A stretch of DNA of 64,000 nt from Octopus vulgaris (lineage: Eukaryota). Below the pieces are notes generated by a model. The model was not told the DNA's origin. It worked only from the letters and a program-made list of their open reading frames with translations, and made no database searches. Each line of letters begins with the position of its first letter. Positions within the stretch are counted from its first letter, which is position 1. The position numbers and the translations under genes are program-made. This document shows, one piece after another, positions 57,568 to 64,000 of this stretch. The stretch spans positions 49,476,001-49,540,000 of the forward strand of contig OX597831.1 in the NCBI GenBank assembly GCA_951406725.2. Direction: 5' to 3'.

Positions 57568-58756
57568 GATATCAATTTCTGTAAACCGCTTAAATTTAAG
57601 CTCCACCTCGAATCTCACCTACGACACTCGTCCCACTGTCCTATGTTTCACTCTTTTCTCTCTCACTGTAATCGTTTGTTTCCATAATCTTCCTGGGGTT
57701 GCTGAAGTGATGACAATAATTATCAGTTAACCGGATTAGAAAGCATACCTTTCTTGTAAATAAAACAAACTCACAAATACATGTTTCTATTGACTGGCTT
57801 GGATAAAACCTTGAAGAGAAAATATTGAAGAGTTTGGTGTGGGCAGAAATTGGAAGGCAAAACAAGGGGCATCATAACTATCAGTTGACTTGTTGGGATA
57901 TTTATGATGGTGCATGCTGGTAATATAAATGGGTGTAAAGAAGGAATGCATGCAGGAATTACAGGGAAACTCTCAGAGAATACGGTAGATTTATCTGTGG
58001 AAATTCAACTTGGATGTTTGTCTTTGTCGTGAAGCATCGAGTTGACGGTCAATGGTGAGTTTATAGCGGTCTTTTTAGGTAAGTATCAGGAGGTCCTCTT
58101 ACACTTTCAAAAGTTCTGAGTTAGAAGTACGAAAGAGATGTCAAGAATATTTGAGGTTCGAAGTCTCTGCTACTCGTTGATGTTGGTGGACGATGTTAGC
58201 AATTCATTTGGTTTCTGCACCAAATAGAAGCATAGCTGAAGAGGGTAAAGGCTGGATTCACAATCTTAATCTATGTACTGAAATCACCATACACAATGTC
58301 CATATGAAATCATCGTAGATAATATTAAAGAAAGCTGAATTGAGATAGATGATCTCAATGTCACATTAGATTGATCAATTATCTGTAGTTATCTACACAA
58401 GTATGCATGTGTGTGAGTATGTAATTTTGTGAGAGCGTGTATATTTGTGGTTGTTTCTTGGGGTTATTAAATGTTGTCAACTCTATGCACTTGTTTATTA
58501 TACAAAGTGCAAATGCTAATTAATCGCATAGCAATAAATTAATCGAATTTATTTCCATTACGCAAGATATTTATTCCCTTTCATCGATACACATATCTCA
58601 CTCGAACAGTATGTTACCAGTATTGATTCTTGAAGGTGTTTCAAAACATTTTAGATGCAATGACTTCAAAGTTTCGTTAAATGATTAGAATAAACAGTAA
58701 ACTCAGAGAAATTGTCGACAAAATTGATATAAATATTACACTCTACACAGGAATTA

Positions 58757-59020
58757 AGGTAAAGGTAAAGATAAAGTTATCTTCTCGTGTCACGTCGGCT
58801 CATAAGGTCCGGTTTCCCGGTTTCCACGGCGTACAAATTCCCCACCTGGTTGGGATGCCAGTCCATCACAGGATTACTCATTTTTGCCAGCCGAGTGGAC
58901 TGGAGGATCCTGAAATAAAGTGTTGTGCTCAAAAACACAACGCGTCACCCGGTCAAGGAATCGAAACCACAAACTTTCGATCATGAGTCCAACACCCTAC
59001 CGAGTAAGCCACGCGCCTCC
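58757..59020 (-). mobile_element. CORE-type SINE (body X, tail 2 variant)
   Basis: Homologous to 15748-16010; (CTTTAC)n end. Confidence 0.8.
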
Positions 59021-59169
59021 TTATAGGTATTGATTCCCTCATTCTGTGAAAGTTTGCTGCCTTTAGGCATATTAGAAGTATTTATAAGCTCTCTCTCACT
59101 CGCCGTATATGTGTACATATATACATACACATATATATTAAAATATGTACATATACAAAATATGTACGT

Positions 59170-60420
59170 ATCAAAAAAAGGGTGAAGAATGCGTTGAAAT
59201 CCAACCTGAATGCCAAAACTTTGATTATCCTAACGAATATCTGGGCAGTTGCGGTGGTCAGATATAGTGCGTCCACCCTCAAATGGACTAACGAAGAAAT
59301 ATCAACACTGGATAAAAGGACGAGAAAGTTGTTGACGCTGCATGGGGCGCTACACCCTACGGCAAACGTAAACAGACTATACACGAAAAGAAAGAATGGT
59401 GGCAGAGGACTAATTAGTATAGACCATTGTATAAAGAGTGAAAGGGGAATGCTTGCGAGTATTTGATAAATAGTAATGAAGATCTGCTGCAATATGCTGC
59501 GAAAGATATGGGTGTACATGCAGATGAAATGATGGACAAGGAAGAGTTTAACTAAAAAGCTGAGGAGTAGAGAAAATACCTTCTTATTATGAGAATGCAC
59601 GGACAGTTTGAAAGGAATACACAAGACGTTAAGAATAATTTCAGTATCGAGGACATGGCTTGAGCGAGGTGATGTGAAGCGTACCACTGAAAGCCTGATC
59701 CTTGCTGCACAAGACCAGACTCTCGCTACCAAGTCAGTGAAGTATAACATCTATAAAACTTCTGATACCCAGACATGCAGACTCTGTGGAAAGAGTGTGG
59801 AAAATGTGACCCACTTGGTAAGTGGATGTGAGATCCTTGCACAAAAAGAATACAAGCTCCGCCACGAAAATGTGTGAGTGTGTATCTTCATTGGCTCTTA
59901 TGCCGTGAATACCAATATGAAGTAACAGAGAACTGGTATGAGCATGTACTAAGTAAAGTTATGCAGGAGGGTAGAAAAGTAACGATACTCTGGGACTATG
60001 TTTTTAAGACGGATCGTGTAATCGAACACCATCGGCCGGATATTGTCATATGGAATAAGAGAGACAAATACTGTCAGATCATTGATGTAACTATACCAAA
60101 TGACATGAATTTTGTGAGTATAGAGGTTGAAAAAATCACCAAGTACTCCGAATTGAAAGTGGAAATGCCAAGACTGTATGGATTGCGAAAGGGTAATGTA
60201 AAAGTGATACCATTGGTGATCGGAGCGTTGGGCTCAATCCCATTGAAACTTCAGAACTTCTTAAGGCAAATGGAAATCCCATGCAAGATCGATGTCTTGC
60301 AAAAAGCAGCCTTATTGAGCAGAGCGCACATCTTAAGGAAAGTATTATATGACTGAGGTCCTTGTTGTGACTTGACATATGACTAAGGACTCCGGTGCAT
60401 TTTCACCTACACTGTGTTAC
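59170..60420 (+). mobile_element. R4/Dong-clade non-LTR retrotransposon, 5'-truncated pseudogene (post-RT, CCHC, restriction-like endonuclease)
   Basis: RLYTKRKNGGRGL, AAQDQ, CRLCGKSVENVTHLVSGC, RHENV, RPDIV, IIDV, KITKY, PLVIGALG; several stops and frameshifts; followed by (AAT)/(AAC)n. Confidence 0.85.
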
Positions 60421-60458
60421 GAAGGAATAATAATAGTGATTGTAACAACAACAACAGC

Positions 60459-60546
<88 letters not shown>

Positions 60547-60553
60547 ACAGCAG

Positions 60554-60584
<31 letters not shown>

Positions 60585-60596
60585 AATAATAATGAT

Positions 60597-60815
60597 AAGG
60601 GCTTTGAAAAACATATTAAGAGTATTAGAGCAGCTGACAGGCTCGAGGTGATCCAGAAGACAGCACTGTTGGGTACAGCTCGCTTTCTAAGGAGATTATT
60701 GCCTGTTTGAGTTACAGGAGAATGTACTACTTGAAACCTTTGGCAATTTGTTATTGCTTGCTTTCAAGTAAAGAATAACCGGTAATTAAGAACTATCCGA
60801 GAGTCTTTCAGAATA
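60597..60815 (+). mobile_element. Second, divergent R4/Dong 3' end
   Basis: IQKTALLGTARFLRRLL*, homologous to LQKAALLSRAHILRKVL of the upstream copy; (AAT)n on both sides. Confidence 0.75.
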
Positions 60816-60830
60816 GCTGTAGTAGTAGTT

Positions 60831-60882
<52 letters not shown>

Positions 60883-60883
60883 A

Positions 60884-61555
60884 CCTAAATATATTTGGTA
60901 CACAATCCCTTATGCAATGAATATGAAGACAAAATTAATTAGACAAATATATAGATTAATTGATAGTCATTTCAATATGAATAATAAATATAGGGAAATA
61001 ATTAATACTAGTAATATCAGGATTGGTCATAACTTAACTAAAAATTTATTTCGAATAATTTCATATTTAAATAACAGAAAACGCGACAGCTTCTATAGTA
61101 AAAGAAATAACAACAACAACAACAATAATAAATTCTGTAATTGAACTGGAGGCCAACTTACATATCTTTGTATGGAAGATAAAATTAGATATAAATGTGA
61201 GATTGATGCACTTAATAATAAATATACATACATTGGATGAACATCTAATACATCTAATAAATTTAAAACTCGCTTCTTTAAGCGCTTATATAGCTTTAAG
61301 GATTGGAAAAAGATTAACTGAACAGGTCTAAGTAAATTCATACAGGGGCTTAAAGACATTAAAATAAATTTTAAACTGGACTGCAATATTATTAGCCATG
61401 CTAAATTTCATAATATCGCTAACAAAAGATGTGAGTTATGCACTGAAGAGTTATATCAAATATTTATTTCTCGTAAGTTACTTTTTAATACACTATCTGA
61501 AAAAAATTTAGCCTGTACCTATACGAATAAATTTCTTTTTGCAAAATATAAGTAG
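60884..61555 (+). pseudogene. Penelope-like element linker + GIY-YIG endonuclease, with in-frame stops
   Basis: One frame reads IWYTIPY..KTKLIRQIYRLIDSHF..IRYKC..YTYIG*T..FKTR..TGLSKFI..LK..RCELCTEE. Confidence 0.8.
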
Positions 61556-61757
61556 ATTTCTAATATTTCGTTAGTATTGATAAACAATAAATTTGACTGA
61601 ATTTAAAATTTATTTATTAAGTTGATATTAATATATCATTAATATATCTTTAATATTAATATTTACGCAGATCATATAACTTAGATGTGGGATAGACATT
61701 GTATAGAATAAATTATTTTTGACATAAATTGCTATAAATATGGAAGATATTTTATTA

Positions 61758-61831
<74 letters not shown>

Positions 61832-62024
61832 AATATCAACATTTTTATATATATCTATGTATTTATTTTTATATATATGTATGTATTTATCTGTTCATAT
61901 GTTTGTATTTATTTATTGATCTATTTATTTATTCATTTATATATTTGTTTTTTAGATGTATGTGCACTCTTATCAATCTATATATGTGTATATGTATGCA
62001 TATATGTGTATATGTATGTACATT

Positions 62025-62061
<37 letters not shown>

Positions 62062-62066
62062 GTAAT

Positions 62067-62775
62067 TTTTTTTTTCTAGTTTCAGCTCAGAGGTGCGGCC
62101 ATGCTGATGCACTGCCGTTTTGTGCTACACTGTTATTGCGACGAACCTCGTCTAATATGTGGCACTTGGTGAAGAATGGAGTTTGATACAGCTACTCTCA
62201 TTTGCACCTCTTGCCGTGAGGTAGGTTCATCTGGGACTCTTGAAAGATGTCCAACTTTGATTTAAAAACCGCTACATCTACTTTGTGCAAGTTCCTCAGA
62301 CTCTTTGGGAGAATATTAAAAAGCTGTGGGCCCTTGAAACCCAGGCTGTAGCAGAAGCTGGTCCTGAAGCGTGATGGCATTGCTGGGATCTTTGGCACTA
62401 TGCAGTGTCGTCCCGTTCTAGCATTGGTGTAGCTTACAATGCCAAAATTTGGCACAATTCCTTCCAGGATCTTCCAGACATATATTACTGCATACCTCTC
62501 CCGTCTTCTATCCAGGGAGTAGAGTCTTAGCTGTTTCAACCTTTCCCAGTAGCTGAGCTGTTGCAAAGAGACGATCTTCTTTGTGAATCTTCTCTGGATT
62601 GCTTCAAGGTCCGCTGTTAATTTTACACTGGTGGGTGACCATAGCTGTGAGCAGTAATCCAGGCGACTGAGGACGAATGTCCGCCAGAGGACCATCATGG
62701 TTTCCTTATCTCTGGTTCTGAATGTTCTTCGGATCCACCCAGCCAGTCGTCTGCACTTTGTCGCCATCCTGGTAA
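62067..62775 (-). mobile_element. CR1-clade LINE, 5'-truncated (ORF2 C-terminus, 3' UTR, A-rich tail)
   Basis: ORF 62198-62782: SRLDYCSQLWSP, LEAIQRRFTK, LSYWERLKQLRLYSLDRRRER, FNILP; 3' end CAGCATGGCCGCACCTCTGAGCTGAAACTAG(A)n. Confidence 0.9.
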
Positions 62776-63128
62776 TGTGCATTATATATCTTTTATCCTT
62801 ATGTTTTATGTTTATATATATCTTTTATCCTTATGTTTTATGTTTATATATTTATATCCAAATTTTTATATATTGTTTTTATATATTTTATATATTTTTA
62901 TATATATGCTTATATATATTTTTGATTTTAACTTTTTCTTTATCCATATGATTATATATCTTTATCTACCTCTTAGTGTATATGGACATATGATGTGTAT
63001 ATAAGCAAATGGATTTATATGTGGGAGTATTTTTTTATATGTATAAAAATGTCTATCATTTAGTGTGTAATTGCGTAGTATGCAAATATACGTATGTATA
63101 TATTTGTATATGTGTGTATATGGGTATG

Positions 63129-63208
<80 letters not shown>

Positions 63209-64000
63209 TACATATATATATATACATGGATATTTATGTATGTGTATATCTATATATATATATATATGTTTACCTGTAGGTATGGGAATATACATAACTC
63301 TTTGTTCAATCAGTTATTAAATAGATTAAATAACTTAATTTATGATTAATGCAATTTTCATTCCCTTTCGATTTTTTCTTCATCTACGTACAGGTATATG
63401 TGTAGATGTGTGTCTGTGCGAATGTGTATTTATGTTTATGTATACATATGTATCTATGTGTGTGTCTCTGTGCGTATTTCCATATATGTTTATGTATATG
63501 TAAGTGTGTGTGTGTATGGGTATGCAGAATAATACGTATATATACAGGTATGTATAGTTAACATTTTAACATTTAAAAGGTACAAATAAGAAGTTTCCTT
63601 CATTAATTATTTTCTGTCTTATCTTCATTTATTCCAAACATCACTTAATAATTTATCATATATTTTTTGTTGTGTATTCATCCGCGTCTAACTTTTCCCC
63701 TCCTTTTATCTGAATTTTTGTATGGTTGCGTATTGGTGTATGAACTCATATATTACCCGTTTTTTCTATTTTCTCTTAATATTTCCTCTTAATTCATTCT
63801 AAATATCGTAGCATCACTTAAGTCTTCATATTTTCACTCTTTATCTTGTAATTAATTGATAATTTTAATTAATTTACTTAAGGTAGTAAAACAACGATAC
63901 TTAGTTTTATATCTGTGTATGTGTGAGTATATATTAATATAGATATATGTGTGTGTGTGTTTGTGTATATGTGAGTGTGTATGTGAGTGTTTGTACATGT

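Noticed and set aside
57870-58300. Slightly GC-richer stretch that might be an exon or LTR-element remnant
   Set aside because: No recognisable protein motif or sustained ORF.

Overview
AT-rich, microsatellite-dense eukaryotic DNA with no recognisable host exon; it is intergenic or lies inside a large intron. The repeat content (tRNA-headed SINEs, (AT)n/(AC)n/(ATAC)n/(ATCT)n/(AAT)n tracts) suggests an octopus or other coleoid cephalopod; this is an inference. Most ORFs in the track are microsatellite artefacts. Real coding signal comes only from transposable elements: (1) a complete ~6.1 kb Helitron (44246-50386; A|TC...hairpin-CTAG|T) whose ~1620 aa RepHel reading frame has one stop and one 1-bp frameshift and begins with nine 23-aa STPR-like repeats; (2) a 2.0 kb, TSD-flanked, ORF1-only non-LTR element (gag-type CCHC knuckle, no ORF2) inserted in the tRNA-derived head of a SINE; (3) fragments of R4/Dong, CR1, RTE and Penelope-like elements; (4) hAT and Tc1/mariner MITEs. 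Non-coding highlights: two hammerhead ribozyme motifs with complete cores plus a family of core variants, SINEs forming a 2x2 body/tail matrix, a SINE that builds head-to-tail arrays by inserting into itself, a SINE and CR1 LINE with a shared 3' end, and an RTE copy with twin-priming geometry. All calls were made by eye, no database was searched, and coordinates of degraded repeats are approximate.
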